64,000 nucleotides of DNA from Spirochaetota bacterium (lineage in GTDB: Bacteria > Spirochaetota > Spirochaetia > Treponematales > UBA12059): the NCBI GenBank assembly GCA_018262985.1, contig JADFDI010000002.1, forward strand, positions 198,532-262,531. The letters are read 5' to 3'. Shown one piece after another: positions 55,225-64,000 of the stretch (positions are counted from its first letter, which is position 1; each line of letters starts with the position of its first letter). The notes under the pieces are model-generated. The model was not told the origin of the DNA. It made no database searches and saw nothing but the letters and a program-made list of their open reading frames with translations. The position numbers and the translations under genes were made by a program.

Positions 55225-57591
55225 ATGGTAATAGCAATCGACGGGCCCGCGGGGTCCGGAAAGAGCACGATCGCCCGGCTCGTCGCGGAACGGAGATCCT
55301 TCCTGTACGTGAATTCCGGCAGCCTCTACCGCGCGGCGGCATACGAGGCGGTCGAAGCCGGCATCGACGCGGGCGACGCCGCGGGACTCGCCGCGCTCGC
55401 GGCCCGGCTCGACCTCGAGTACCGCGGCGACGGCTCGGTCCTGTCGGGCGGACGCGACCTCACCCCCTTCCTCCGCAGCGACGCGGTCGAGGCGGTCGTC
55501 GCCCAGGTATCCGCCGTCCCCGCGGTCAGGGAGCGAGTCAACGCGGTCGTCCGCTCGGTCGCCGCAAGGCGCGATGTAGTCGTGGAAGGCCGGGACATGT
55601 CCACCGTGGTCTTCCCGGACGCCGATTTCAAGTTCTACCTGGACGCTTCGGCCGATTCGAGGGCCCGCAGGCGGCTGGGGCAGGGCACCTCGGGGCTCGG
55701 ACTGGAGGAAATCCGCGCCAACATCGAGATGCGCGACGCCATCGACAAGGCGAAAGCGAGCGGCGCGCTCCGCATTTCGCCCGACGCGGCGTATTTGGAC
55801 ACCTCCGGCTTGACCATAGAGGCCGTTTATGAAATAGTGAACAGGAAAATTTCACCGCAAGGGAATCCTATGGGCGATAAGGAAGTGGGCATGGGTGCGC
55901 AGAATCCCTCCAAGACGAGCATCCAGACACAGTTGCAGGAAGAGTATCTCAAGTCGATGAACCACCTCGAGGAGGGCGAGCTCGTCGACGGCGTGGTGAT
56001 CCAGGTCACCTCGGACTACGTCTTCATCGACGTCGGCGCGAAGAGCGAAGGAAAGATCCCGCTCGTCGAATTCGACGCGGCTCCCAAGGTCGGCGACACG
56101 GTTCCCGTGGTCCTGATCAAGAAGGAGACCTATTCGGGCGAAGTCGTCGTCTCCAAGAAGAAGGCCGACGAGAAGATCTACTGGCGGAACCTCGCCAACG
56201 CCTTCAAGGACGGCACCACCGTCGAGGGCGTGATCGAGAAGGAGATCAAGGGCGGCTTCGAGGTCAACCTCGGCCACGGGCTCCGCGCCTTCCTCCCCGT
56301 CTCCAAGGCCGACAGCCAGCGCGTCGAGAAGGGCGACTACCTCATCGGCGTCAAGAGCCTGTTCTACGTCGAGCGGATCTACTCCGAGAAGCGCGTCAAC
56401 ATCGTGCTCAACCGCCGCAAGTGGCTCGAGGAAGAGACCGAGCGCAAGCGCGAGGAATTCTTCAAGACCGTACAGATCGGCGACGACGTCAAGGGCGAGG
56501 TCAAGAGCTTCACGAGCTTCGGGGCCTTCATCGACCTGGGCGGCTTCGACGGCCTCCTCCATATCAACGACATGAGCTGGGGCCACGTCACCCGGCCCAA
56601 GGACTTCGTCAAGAAGGGCCAGGAGATCGACCTCAAGGTCATCCGCCTCGATCCCGAGGAGAAGCGGATCAACCTCTCGCTCAAGCACTTCTCCAACGAC
56701 CCCTGGCTCACCTTCGAGGAGCGCTACCACGTCGGCGACGTCGTGGACGGCAAGGTCACCAAGCTGACCGACTACGGCGCCTTCATCGAGGTCGAGGAGG
56801 GCATCGAGGGCCTCGCGCACATCTCCGAGTTCTCGTGGGTCCGCAAGGTCCGCAAGCCCGAGGAGATGCTCAAGCCCGGCGATCCGGTCAAGTGCATGAT
56901 CCTCGGCTACGACCTCCAGGCCGGCAAGGTTTCCCTCGGCCTCAAGCAGGTCCAGGACAACCCCTGGGACCAGGTTTCCACCAAGTACCCCGTCGGCATG
57001 CGCATGACCCGCAAGGTCGTGAAGCTCACCGCCGCCGGCGCCTTCGTGGAGCTCGAGGACGGCATCGACGGCTTCCTCCACATGGACGACCTGTCCTGGA
57101 CCAAGCACGTCAAGAACGCCTCGAGCGAGCTGCAGGAGGGCCAGGAGCTCGAGGTCATGGTCATCGAGAGCGACGCGGACAACCGGAACATCCGGCTCGG
57201 CGTCAAGCAGCTCTCCGAGGATCCCTGGACCAGCTTCGCCACGGCCTTCCGCGTGGGCTCGATCGTCGACGGCACCGTCTCGTCCATCACCGACTTCGGC
57301 GTCTTCGTCAAGGTCCAGGGCGACATCGAGGGCCTCGTCAACAAGTCCAACCTCTCCCAGGACCGCGAAGTCACCTTCGAGGACGCGGTCAAGAAGCTCG
57401 AGGTCGGCCAGGCCATCAAGGCGGTCATCACCGAGCTCAGCCCCGACCGTCAGAAGCTCTCGCTCTCCGTCCGCGACCTGGTGCGCAAGCAGCAGCGCGA
57501 GGAGATGAGCCGCTTCATGCACGACGACGGGGAGGGCGGCGAGGGCTTCACGCTCGGCGACCTTCTCAAGCAGAAGGGCGACAAGAACTAG
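55225..57591 (+). CDS. cmk-rpsA: Fusion protein: cytidylate kinase (N-terminal about 220 aa) + 30S ribosomal protein S1 (six S1 domains)
   Basis: Cmk P-loop IAIDGPAGSGKST followed without a stop by repeated S1 motifs (GxVxxxxxFGAFIDLGG etc.). Confidence 0.9.
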   Translation: MVIAIDGPAGSGKSTIARLVAERRSFLYVNSGSLYRAAAYEAVEAGIDAGDAAGLAALAARLDLEYRGDGSVLSGGRDLTPFLRSDAVEAVVAQVSAVPAVRERVNAVVRSVAARRDVVVEGRDMSTVVFPDADFKFYLDASADSRARRRLGQGTSGLGLEEIRANIEMRDAIDKAKASGALRISPDAAYLDTSGLTIEAVYEIVNRKISPQGNPMGDKEVGMGAQNPSKTSIQTQLQEEYLKSMNHLEEGELVDGVVIQVTSDYVFIDVGAKSEGKIPLVEFDAAPKVGDTVPVVLIKKETYSGEVVVSKKKADEKIYWRNLANAFKDGTTVEGVIEKEIKGGFEVNLGHGLRAFLPVSKADSQRVEKGDYLIGVKSLFYVERIYSEKRVNIVLNRRKWLEEETERKREEFFKTVQIGDDVKGEVKSFTSFGAFIDLGGFDGLLHINDMSWGHVTRPKDFVKKGQEIDLKVIRLDPEEKRINLSLKHFSNDPWLTFEERYHVGDVVDGKVTKLTDYGAFIEVEEGIEGLAHISEFSWVRKVRKPEEMLKPGDPVKCMILGYDLQAGKVSLGLKQVQDNPWDQVSTKYPVGMRMTRKVVKLTAAGAFVELEDGIDGFLHMDDLSWTKHVKNASSELQEGQELEVMVIESDADNRNIRLGVKQLSEDPWTSFATAFRVGSIVDGTVSSITDFGVFVKVQGDIEGLVNKSNLSQDREVTFEDAVKKLEVGQAIKAVITELSPDRQKLSLSVRDLVRKQQREEMSRFMHDDGEGGEGFTLGDLLKQKGDKN

Positions 57592-57595
57592 TGGA

Positions 57596-59107
57596 ATGTT
57601 CGAGCGGATCGATCCGAAGAAGTTCGAGACACTCCTCGAGATCTACACGCTCATAAACTCGAACTACGGTGACGCCACGTCGCTCCTGACTCAGATCATC
57701 GAGTCGGCGACGCGGCTCACCGAGGGCGAGGCCTCGAGCCTCATGCTCCGCAATCCCGAGGACGGCAGGCTCTACTTCGAGATCGCCCTCGGCCCGAAGG
57801 GTCGGGAAGTCAAGAAGTTCTCGGTGAAGCCCGGCGAGGGCATAGCTGGATGGGTGGCGGAGCACGGCCAGTCGCTCATCGTCAACGACGTCGACACCGA
57901 CGCGCGCTTCACCGGCGAAATATCGAAATCCATCGGCTTTCCCACCTGGTCCATACTCGCGGTGCCCATGCTCGTGCGCGAGCGCCTCGTCGGAGTCATC
58001 GAGATACTCAACAAGAAAGGCAAGAAGTACTTCACGCAGGAAGACCTCCAGTGGCTGGAGGTTTTCGCCGTGCAGGCGGCCATAGCCATCGAGAACGCGC
58101 GCTTCCTCGAGAAGGCGCGCGAGGAGATCGGCTTCCTGCGGAACCAGATCAGCGCCGACAAGGGCTGGCACACGCTGGTGACCCAGAGCGCCGTCATGGC
58201 GGAGAAGCTCGACCTGATCGACCGCGTGGCCCGCACCGAGTCGTCGGTGCTCATACTAGGCGAGAGCGGCACCGGCAAGGAGCTCTTCGCGGAGCAGGTC
58301 CACCTCCGGTCGAACCGGCGCTCGGGCCCCTTCGTCCGCGTGAACTGCGCGGCGCTTCCCGAGGGGCTCCTCGAGAGCGAGCTCTTCGGCCACGTCAAGG
58401 GCGCCTTCACCGACGCGGTGCAGAGCCGCAAGGGCCGCTTCGAGCTCGCCGACGGGGGAACCATCTTCCTCGACGAGATCGCCGAGGTGCCGATCAAGCT
58501 CCAGGCCAAGCTGCTCCGCGTGCTCCAGCAGAAGACCTTCGAGCCGGTCGGCTCGTCCGACTCGATCACGGTGGACGTCCGCATCGTCGCCGCGACGAAC
58601 CGGGACATCGAGGCCCAGGTGGAGAAGGGCGAATTCCGCTCCGACCTGTACTACCGCCTCAACGTCCTGCCGATCTACATTCCGCCGCTCAGGCAGCGCA
58701 AGGAGGACATCCCGGTCCTCGCCGACCACTTCCTCAAGCGCTTCTCGCGCGAGACGAAAAAGTCGTTCTCCGGCTTCACCGATTCCGCGATGGACTTGAT
58801 GCTGTCCTATCCCTGGCCGGGCAACGTGCGCGAGCTCGAGAACGCCGTCGAGCGCGCCTGCGTCATCGCCTCGGAAAACAGGATCCACGACCGCGACCTC
58901 CTGGTCGGCGACCGCGGCACCTCGCAGGACGCCTACAAGGGCAAGAGCCTCAAGGACGCCCTCGTGATTTTCAAAAAGCACTTCATCCGCCGCGCCCTCG
59001 ACGAGCACGAGTGGAACCAGACCGAGACGGCCAAGGTGCTGGACATCCAGCGCACCTACCTCTCGAGGCTGATCAAGGAACTTTCGATAGCGAATCCCAA
59101 GGAGTGA
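57596..59107 (+). CDS. Sigma-54-dependent transcriptional activator (GAF sensor + AAA+ + Fis-type HTH)
   Basis: GAF domain at residues about 20-170. Walker A GESGTGKE. ESELFGHVKGAFTDA. RVIAATN equivalent. C-terminal TAKVLDIQRTYLSRLIKEL. Confidence 0.9.
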   Translation: MFERIDPKKFETLLEIYTLINSNYGDATSLLTQIIESATRLTEGEASSLMLRNPEDGRLYFEIALGPKGREVKKFSVKPGEGIAGWVAEHGQSLIVNDVDTDARFTGEISKSIGFPTWSILAVPMLVRERLVGVIEILNKKGKKYFTQEDLQWLEVFAVQAAIAIENARFLEKAREEIGFLRNQISADKGWHTLVTQSAVMAEKLDLIDRVARTESSVLILGESGTGKELFAEQVHLRSNRRSGPFVRVNCAALPEGLLESELFGHVKGAFTDAVQSRKGRFELADGGTIFLDEIAEVPIKLQAKLLRVLQQKTFEPVGSSDSITVDVRIVAATNRDIEAQVEKGEFRSDLYYRLNVLPIYIPPLRQRKEDIPVLADHFLKRFSRETKKSFSGFTDSAMDLMLSYPWPGNVRELENAVERACVIASENRIHDRDLLVGDRGTSQDAYKGKSLKDALVIFKKHFIRRALDEHEWNQTETAKVLDIQRTYLSRLIKELSIANPKE

Positions 59108-59111
59108 CATC

Positions 59112-59834
59112 ATGGCCGCACAGAAGCCCGACAAGGGCGCGGAGAGGGACCAGGGCGCCGAGCCCGGTCTCGCCGCGAAACTCAACGACTTCCTCCGCAG
59201 AAACCGGGCGGCGGCCTTCGCCGTCCTCGTGACGCTGGTCGCCGGCATCGTAGGCGTCGCCGTCTGGTCCGTGGTCTCGGAAGCCGCCGACGCCAAGGCC
59301 GCCCTCGCCGTCGAGGCCGCCGACGCCTCTTTCGCGGCCTGGACGTCCGCCCCCGACGCCGCCGCCAAGTCGGAGCTCGAGGCGGCGCTGCGCGCCGAGC
59401 TCGAGGCCCTCTCCTCCCGTTACGGAACCGAGTGGCCCGGCCTCCACGCCGAGCTCCTCGCGGCACGCATGGTCGCCGAGGCCGGCAAATGGGCCGAGGC
59501 CGAGAACCTCTATGCCGCGCTCGCCCGCAAGGCTCCCGCCACGAGCCACGTCGGCCCGGCGGCTTACCGCTACGCCGCCGACGCCGCCGAGCGCGCCGGA
59601 GCCAACGACCGCGCCGCGGCGTTGTTGAACGAGTTCCTCGCGGCCTGGGAAGGCAAGGCGCCCGGCGCCGAACGCTCGCGCCTCGCGCTCCTCAGGCTCG
59701 CCGAAGCCGGCCGCGACTACGCCGCGGCGCGCGAGCAATACGACATCATGGTCTCGCGCTATCCCGATTCCGATTGGACAAAGCTCGCGGCCAACCGTAT
59801 ACTCTACCTCGAATCGCAGGGTCTCCTGGACTAG
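59112..59834 (+). CDS. Membrane-anchored TPR-like protein
   Basis: One N-terminal TM (AFAVLVTLVAGIVGVAVW) followed by Ala-rich helical repeats. Confidence 0.55.
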   Translation: MAAQKPDKGAERDQGAEPGLAAKLNDFLRRNRAAAFAVLVTLVAGIVGVAVWSVVSEAADAKAALAVEAADASFAAWTSAPDAAAKSELEAALRAELEALSSRYGTEWPGLHAELLAARMVAEAGKWAEAENLYAALARKAPATSHVGPAAYRYAADAAERAGANDRAAALLNEFLAAWEGKAPGAERSRLALLRLAEAGRDYAAAREQYDIMVSRYPDSDWTKLAANRILYLESQGLLD

Positions 59835-59852
59835 GGTTATCCACGCGGAAGC

Positions 59853-59876
59853 GGCCCGGGGCGACCCGGGCCTTTT
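59853..59876 (+). terminator. Rho-independent terminator
   Basis: GGCCCGGG and CCCGGGCC form the stem with loop GCGA, followed by TTTT. Confidence 0.75.
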
Positions 59877-59894
59877 CCATATCTGGAGGTCGAC

Positions 59895-62315
59895 ATGGCC
59901 AAGCGCCGCTCGAAATTCCTCGAGACGAGGTACTTCGCTTTCGTGATCGGCTCGGTCCTGTTCCTGGCGTTCTTCGCGGTGGGAACCTGGACCGTCTGGC
60001 TCGAAGGCCTCGAGCTCGCCGCCTTCGACTCCCACTTCAAGCTCAAGGAAAACATCCAGCAGAGCTCCTCGCAGGTCGGAGCCGAAAGCACGACCCGGAG
60101 CCACCGCATCTCCGAGGACATCCTGATCATCGGGGTGGACTTCAACTCGCTCTCGCGCTACGGCCGCTGGCCCTTCCCGCGCTGGCGGCACGCGGACCTG
60201 GTCAACGCCTTCTCCCGCATCACCGACCAGGCCAACCGAGAGCGCTCGCTCTTCATCGACGTGTTCTTCATCGATCCCGACCGCGTCGTCGAGGACGACG
60301 CCGCTTTGGTCGGCGCCATAGCCGATTCCGGCCGGGTATTCCTCGAAACGGTGCTCACGGACACCCCCGCGGGCATCGTCGACCAGCACGAGCTTTCGGA
60401 ACGTCAGGCCGTCCTGTACGAAGGGTGGGGGACGGTACGCAACGTGCGCGGCGACTGGAAGTCCATGCGCGAGTTCCTCGGCTACGAACCGCCGCTCGCC
60501 GACTACGCCTCCGCGCTCAAGGGTTACGGCCACGCCAACTTCATCGCGGACCTGGACGACGTCTACCGGAGGCAGCCGCTCGTCCTCAAATCGAGCGAGC
60601 TCATCGAGGAGCTGCTGCTCGACGACCTGGCCCCCGGCTACGACGTCAACGCCGCCGCCTTCGAGAGGCTCTCGTGGACCGACACGGAAGGCCGCACGCA
60701 CGACGTCAAGCTGCCCTTGACGCCGCGCGAGCTCGAGCGCCTCGCGAAGGATATGGCGGAGAACGCGCCCGTCGTCATCGAGGACCTCGACGGGGACGGC
60801 ACCGCGGACAGGAGCTACCACGTCCTCCAGCGTTACCGGGATTTCTTCGTCCCCTCGATCACGCTCTCCCTGGCGGTCGATTACTTCGGCAAGACCCTCG
60901 ACGACCTCGTCGTGGAGATCGGCAAGGAAATCGTCATTCCCTCGCCGATGAAGTGGGACGCGGACGAGTCCGCCTGGGTTCCCTACCGCGTGCTGGTGAA
61001 GCCGGGCGTCTGGAACGAAGGGGAACTGGTCGAGGAGGAGATCTACCGTTCGGTTCCCGAAATCCGCATCCCGATCGACGCCCAGGGCCGCATGCTCGTC
61101 AACTTCATGGGGCGGCCTTCCGCGGACAGCGCCGAAGGCATCCAGACCTTCCCCGTGCGGTCATACTCCGGCTACGCCGACAAGGCCCCGCCCGCGGATC
61201 CCGAGACGTGGCGCCGGCCGACCATGGCCGCCAAGGGCAAGATCCTCATGGTGGGGGCCTTCGCCCGAGGCGTCGCCCAGGACGAGAAGCCTACGCCCTA
61301 CGGCCTCATGTACGGCATCGAGATGCACGCCAACGCGCTCAACACCATCATCATGGACAACTTCCTGCGCTACGCTGCCCCCTGGCTGGACGCGCTGGTG
61401 CTGTTCGCCGCCATCATGCTCACGAGCCTCTACAGTTCCCGCATCTCCACCGTATGGTCCTTCTTCCTGACGCTGTTCCTCGTGTTCGCGCTGTTCATCG
61501 GCGTGACGCTCACCTTCGACTACCGCCAGACGGTTTTCGCCTACGCCACGCCCGCCCTCGGATCGGTGTTCGCCTTCATCGCCATCGTCGCGTACCGCGC
61601 CTTCACCGAGGAGCGCGACAAGCGCATGATCCGCGACACCTTCGGCAAGTACGTCAGCCCCCGCGTCGTGGACCAGCTGGTCGAGTCTCCCCCCGAGCTC
61701 GGCGGCGTCGACAAGGAACTCACGGTCTTCTTCTCGGACATCCGGGGCTTCACCACCTTCTCGGAGAACATGTCGCCGCAGGAACTCGTGAACCACCTGA
61801 ACGAGTACCTCGGCGCCATGACCGACCTCGTGCTCGAGTACGGCGGCACGCTCGACAAGTACATCGGCGACGCGGTCATGGCCTTCTGGGGAGCCCCCCT
61901 GCCGCAGAAGGACCACGCGGTGCTGGCCTGCAAGTGCGCGCTCCGCCAGATGGAGAAGCTGCGCGAGCTCAACGCCGCCTGGCCCGAGCACAAGCGGATC
62001 AACATCGGCATCGGACTCAACTCGGGCATCATGACGGTCGGCAACATGGGGTCGAAGATCCGGATGAACTACACGCTCACCGGCGACAACGTGAACATCG
62101 GCAGCCGCCTCGAGGCCACGAACAAGGAGTACGGCACCAACATCATCATCAGCGAGTCGACCTACGCCCTGGTCCGCGACAAGTTCCTGGTCCGCGAGCT
62201 CGACAACATCCGCGTGAAGGGCAAGAACAAGCCGGTGGTCATCTACGAGCTGGTGGACTGCCTCGAAAGCCTCGAGCCGCCGGTTTCCTTGGTCGACGAT
62301 GTCAAGCGCAAGTAG
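59895..62315 (+). CDS. CHASE2-sensor class III adenylate/guanylate cyclase
   Basis: GGAGG SD. N-terminal TM, large periplasmic CHASE2-type domain, three TM segments, then a cyclase domain (FFSDIRGFTTFSE, KYIGDAVMAFWGAP, VNIGSRLE). Confidence 0.9.
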   Translation: MAKRRSKFLETRYFAFVIGSVLFLAFFAVGTWTVWLEGLELAAFDSHFKLKENIQQSSSQVGAESTTRSHRISEDILIIGVDFNSLSRYGRWPFPRWRHADLVNAFSRITDQANRERSLFIDVFFIDPDRVVEDDAALVGAIADSGRVFLETVLTDTPAGIVDQHELSERQAVLYEGWGTVRNVRGDWKSMREFLGYEPPLADYASALKGYGHANFIADLDDVYRRQPLVLKSSELIEELLLDDLAPGYDVNAAAFERLSWTDTEGRTHDVKLPLTPRELERLAKDMAENAPVVIEDLDGDGTADRSYHVLQRYRDFFVPSITLSLAVDYFGKTLDDLVVEIGKEIVIPSPMKWDADESAWVPYRVLVKPGVWNEGELVEEEIYRSVPEIRIPIDAQGRMLVNFMGRPSADSAEGIQTFPVRSYSGYADKAPPADPETWRRPTMAAKGKILMVGAFARGVAQDEKPTPYGLMYGIEMHANALNTIIMDNFLRYAAPWLDALVLFAAIMLTSLYSSRISTVWSFFLTLFLVFALFIGVTLTFDYRQTVFAYATPALGSVFAFIAIVAYRAFTEERDKRMIRDTFGKYVSPRVVDQLVESPPELGGVDKELTVFFSDIRGFTTFSENMSPQELVNHLNEYLGAMTDLVLEYGGTLDKYIGDAVMAFWGAPLPQKDHAVLACKCALRQMEKLRELNAAWPEHKRINIGIGLNSGIMTVGNMGSKIRMNYTLTGDNVNIGSRLEATNKEYGTNIIISESTYALVRDKFLVRELDNIRVKGKNKPVVIYELVDCLESLEPPVSLVDDVKRK

Positions 62316-62383
62316 GCAGGCGACCGCTCCCGCCGCGTCGACCGAGGCATCCCCGTCCGCGCCGTCCCTGCCACCAGCGGCGA

Positions 62384-62406
62384 GGGCGGCGGGCGGCGGG
62401 GGAGGG
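62384..62406 (+). other. Canonical G-quadruplex motif (GGG-CGGC-GGG-CGGC-GGGGG-A-GGG)
   Basis: Read directly. It lies 22 nt upstream of the lipoprotein ATG. Its significance in GC-rich DNA is uncertain. Confidence 0.3.
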
Positions 62407-62427
62407 CACGCCGCGAAGCCTTATTGT

Positions 62428-63081
62428 ATGATTTTTGCCTCGGTGCTTCTTGCCGTGCTTTCCTTCGCTATCTCCTCCTGCGGAATTCCTTCAGTGCCGT
62501 ACCTCGCTAAACCGTTGCTTATCGGAACGACCAATGACATCAATGATTCATTCGAGTTCCGAAATGATCCGGGGTCCTCGCTTGATGTGTTTGATGGCTT
62601 CGAAATCTATTACCGGCTCTACCTCCGGGAGGTCGATGCAGAGGCTGATCGTATTTCCATCGCGTCATTGCTCTCTGCAGACGAAGGCCAGACGACTTAC
62701 AGCCGATTGTCCACCTTGGATTTCAAGCGAGTGGTTTTCTTAGATGAAGCTGAAGTTTGGCCTCCAACGGAAGTATTCTGGCCAAGCGACTCTCCGGACT
62801 TGGACTACACCGTCCTGGTGAAACTCGAGCCGTTGAGCACCTCGACAGCTACAAGCTCTCCGAGCCTTTTCAAGCGAAACATGCAAAGGTTCAATGCCAA
62901 GGAGTTCAACGAGTCGGCCATCGCGGAAACCGACGCCGACGTCGAAGCTTCACAAGTCGAGGGTGGAGTACCTGACGCACAGGTGACTTTACTTGCCTAC
63001 ATCTGTGCTCACGGATTCGACTTTACAAACGCAATAGAATACCGTTCGCAATTCATCGCGATAAAGCTTTCCTTGAACTGA
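62428..63081 (+). CDS. Hypothetical lipoprotein encoded by compositionally atypical (about 50% G+C) DNA
   Basis: Start at Met44 of track ORF (MIFASVLLAVLSFAISSC, lipobox ISSC). A/T-ending codons are common here, unlike the neighbouring genes. No SD is seen. Confidence 0.6.
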   Translation: MIFASVLLAVLSFAISSCGIPSVPYLAKPLLIGTTNDINDSFEFRNDPGSSLDVFDGFEIYYRLYLREVDAEADRISIASLLSADEGQTTYSRLSTLDFKRVVFLDEAEVWPPTEVFWPSDSPDLDYTVLVKLEPLSTSTATSSPSLFKRNMQRFNAKEFNESAIAETDADVEASQVEGGVPDAQVTLLAYICAHGFDFTNAIEYRSQFIAIKLSLN

Positions 63082-63234
63082 AATGACGGGTGCTGCATGT
63101 AGGGCACACCCCCACGCCTCAGCCGTCTCGATCGTCATTACTTCCTATAATGTATATTCTGTCGACTTTTATGCGGAAGATTTCCGAGGCCGCGGGCGGG
63201 CGGCGCCTTCCGGCTCGCGCTCGGAAGCATCCTC

Positions 63235-64000
63235 TCAGGCAAGCAGGGACAGGATCTTGAGGTAGCTTTCGGGACCCGAGCCGCCGTCGGCGTATTGTCG
63301 CGTTCGCCCGAGCCTCAGGTTCCTGGCCGGATCGACGCCGAGGAGCCGCTCGAGCATGGCCTGAAGCCCGAGCTCCTTGCGTCCGCCGTTCCTGAGTCGC
63401 AGGCGCAACGAGGCGCCCGAGGCTTCGGCGAACGAACCTTCGAGCTCCGTGGTCGCCAACTCCGCCTCGAACAAACCCGCGAGCGCGAGCGCCTTTCCTT
63501 CCTCGCCGCAATCGAGTTCCCAGTCCGAACCCCAGGCGAGCGAGGCCAGCGAACGACGCTTCCTCCCCTCGACGAACGGGATCCAGACCGCCTCGAGCGG
63601 CTCTATGCCCTCCGGAAGGCAGGCGGCCAGTCGCCGCAGGAAATCATCCTCATCCATCCGCCGTTCCAGCACCGCGAGGCCGAGCTCTTCCATGGAGGAG
63701 ACGCCTATCGGAAGCGGATCCGAGAGCTCTAGGCGCGACAGCGGGTTGAAGCCCTCCGATAGGGCGACCGGCAGGCCCGAGATGAGGAACGCCCGGTGGA
63801 ACGCGTCATGGAACTGATGGTGGGGCCAGAACGGGGTCCGTCCGACGCGCCGCCAGGCGAACGCCATCCTCCCCTCGTTCCGAGCCTGCTCCCTCCGGCC
63901 CACCGGAGCCGCATCCTCCGTGGACCTTACGGGGTTCTCGGCGATGATTCGCTCCAGGAAATCCGTATGTATCTTATTTCGTACACTCGGCCCCGCATCT
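63235..64000 (-). CDS. Radical-SAM-associated DUF2344-type domain protein, reading frame open to the window edge (partial)
   Basis: AFHRAFLISGLPVALSEGFNPLSRLELSDPLPIGVSSMEE fits the TIGR03936/DUF2344 pattern. The same frame has no stop between 63903 and 64000, so the gene may extend upstream as a fusion to a radical SAM domain. Internal starts GTG 63903 or ATG 63867 are alternatives. Confidence 0.65.
   Translation of the reverse strand, partial: DAGPSVRNKIHTDFLERIIAENPVRSTEDAAPVGRREQARNEGRMAFAWRRVGRTPFWPHHQFHDAFHRAFLISGLPVALSEGFNPLSRLELSDPLPIGVSSMEELGLAVLERRMDEDDFLRRLAACLPEGIEPLEAVWIPFVEGRKRRSLASLAWGSDWELDCGEEGKALALAGLFEAELATTELEGSFAEASGASLRLRLRNGGRKELGLQAMLERLLGVDPARNLRLGRTRQYADGGSGPESYLKILSLLA

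Noticed and set aside
62299-62427. N-terminal 43-aa extension of the lipoprotein ORF (start at ATG 62299, overlapping the cyclase stop)
   Set aside because: The extension is Ala/Pro/Ser/Gly-rich and GC-rich like the flanking DNA. It would place 43 residues in front of a lipoprotein signal peptide. Met44 coincides with the compositional switch. Lack of an SD at Met44 keeps this uncertain.
62385-63210. GC-rich 8-10-mers (GGGCGGCG / GCGGGCGGCG) on both flanks of the low-GC lipoprotein island as possible att/target-site duplications
   Set aside because: The match is only 8 nt exact, and such G/C strings are expected by chance in this composition. No integrase or inverted repeats are present.
63082-63234. 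Small RNA gene or 60-aa ORF (63083..63265) in the AT-rich convergent spacer
   Set aside because: Promoter-like hexamers exist on both strands. There is no terminator, no conserved structure I can recognise, and the ORF has no SD or motif. I treat it as the tail of the compositional island.

Overview
The window is a very GC-rich, gene-dense chromosomal segment. Third codon positions are almost all G/C. I support about 66 protein-coding genes. Many are chained by 1-4 nt start/stop overlaps (ATGA, GTGA, TGATG). I found no rRNA, tRNA, transposase, integrase, prophage or CRISPR array by eye.

The content is mostly core housekeeping: glyQS, tyrS, prfB (classic +1 frameshift site), ftsY, a lolC/D/E-like set, recA, folK, scpA/scpB, rluB, a cmk-rpsA fusion gene, ettA, bioY-ecfA-ecfT, crcB and gpgS. 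It also carries signalling genes: an ECF sigma/anti-sigma pair, a chemoreceptor, a GAF-sigma54 activator and a CHASE2 adenylate cyclase. Several outer-membrane beta-barrel proteins end in Phe, so the organism is a diderm. The cmk-rpsA fusion is reminiscent of Spirochaetota, but I cannot verify taxonomy here.

I do not see an unambiguous new multi-gene system. The leads I would follow, in order:
1. An orphan Cas2/VapD-like 95-aa gene with a leaderless-type promoter just upstream of prfB.
2. A divergent five-gene membrane-lipid head-group cluster: PAP2, nucleotidyltransferase, a conserved unknown, a sphingomyelin-synthase-like PAP2_C protein and a B12-radical SAM enzyme.
3. A 39-nt ghost copy of the ettA 3' end that differs from the live gene only by synonymous changes, separated from it by twin perfect hairpins.
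4. An A/U-rich hairpin that buries the Shine-Dalgarno of the chemoreceptor gene.
5. A five-gene operon coupling an ABC-2 transporter to a cytoplasmic EEP nuclease/phosphatase, divergent from a 729-aa EF-hand membrane protein.
6. A roughly 50% G+C lipoprotein gene embedded in much more GC-rich DNA.

All functional calls come from motif recognition by eye. None has been checked by database search.
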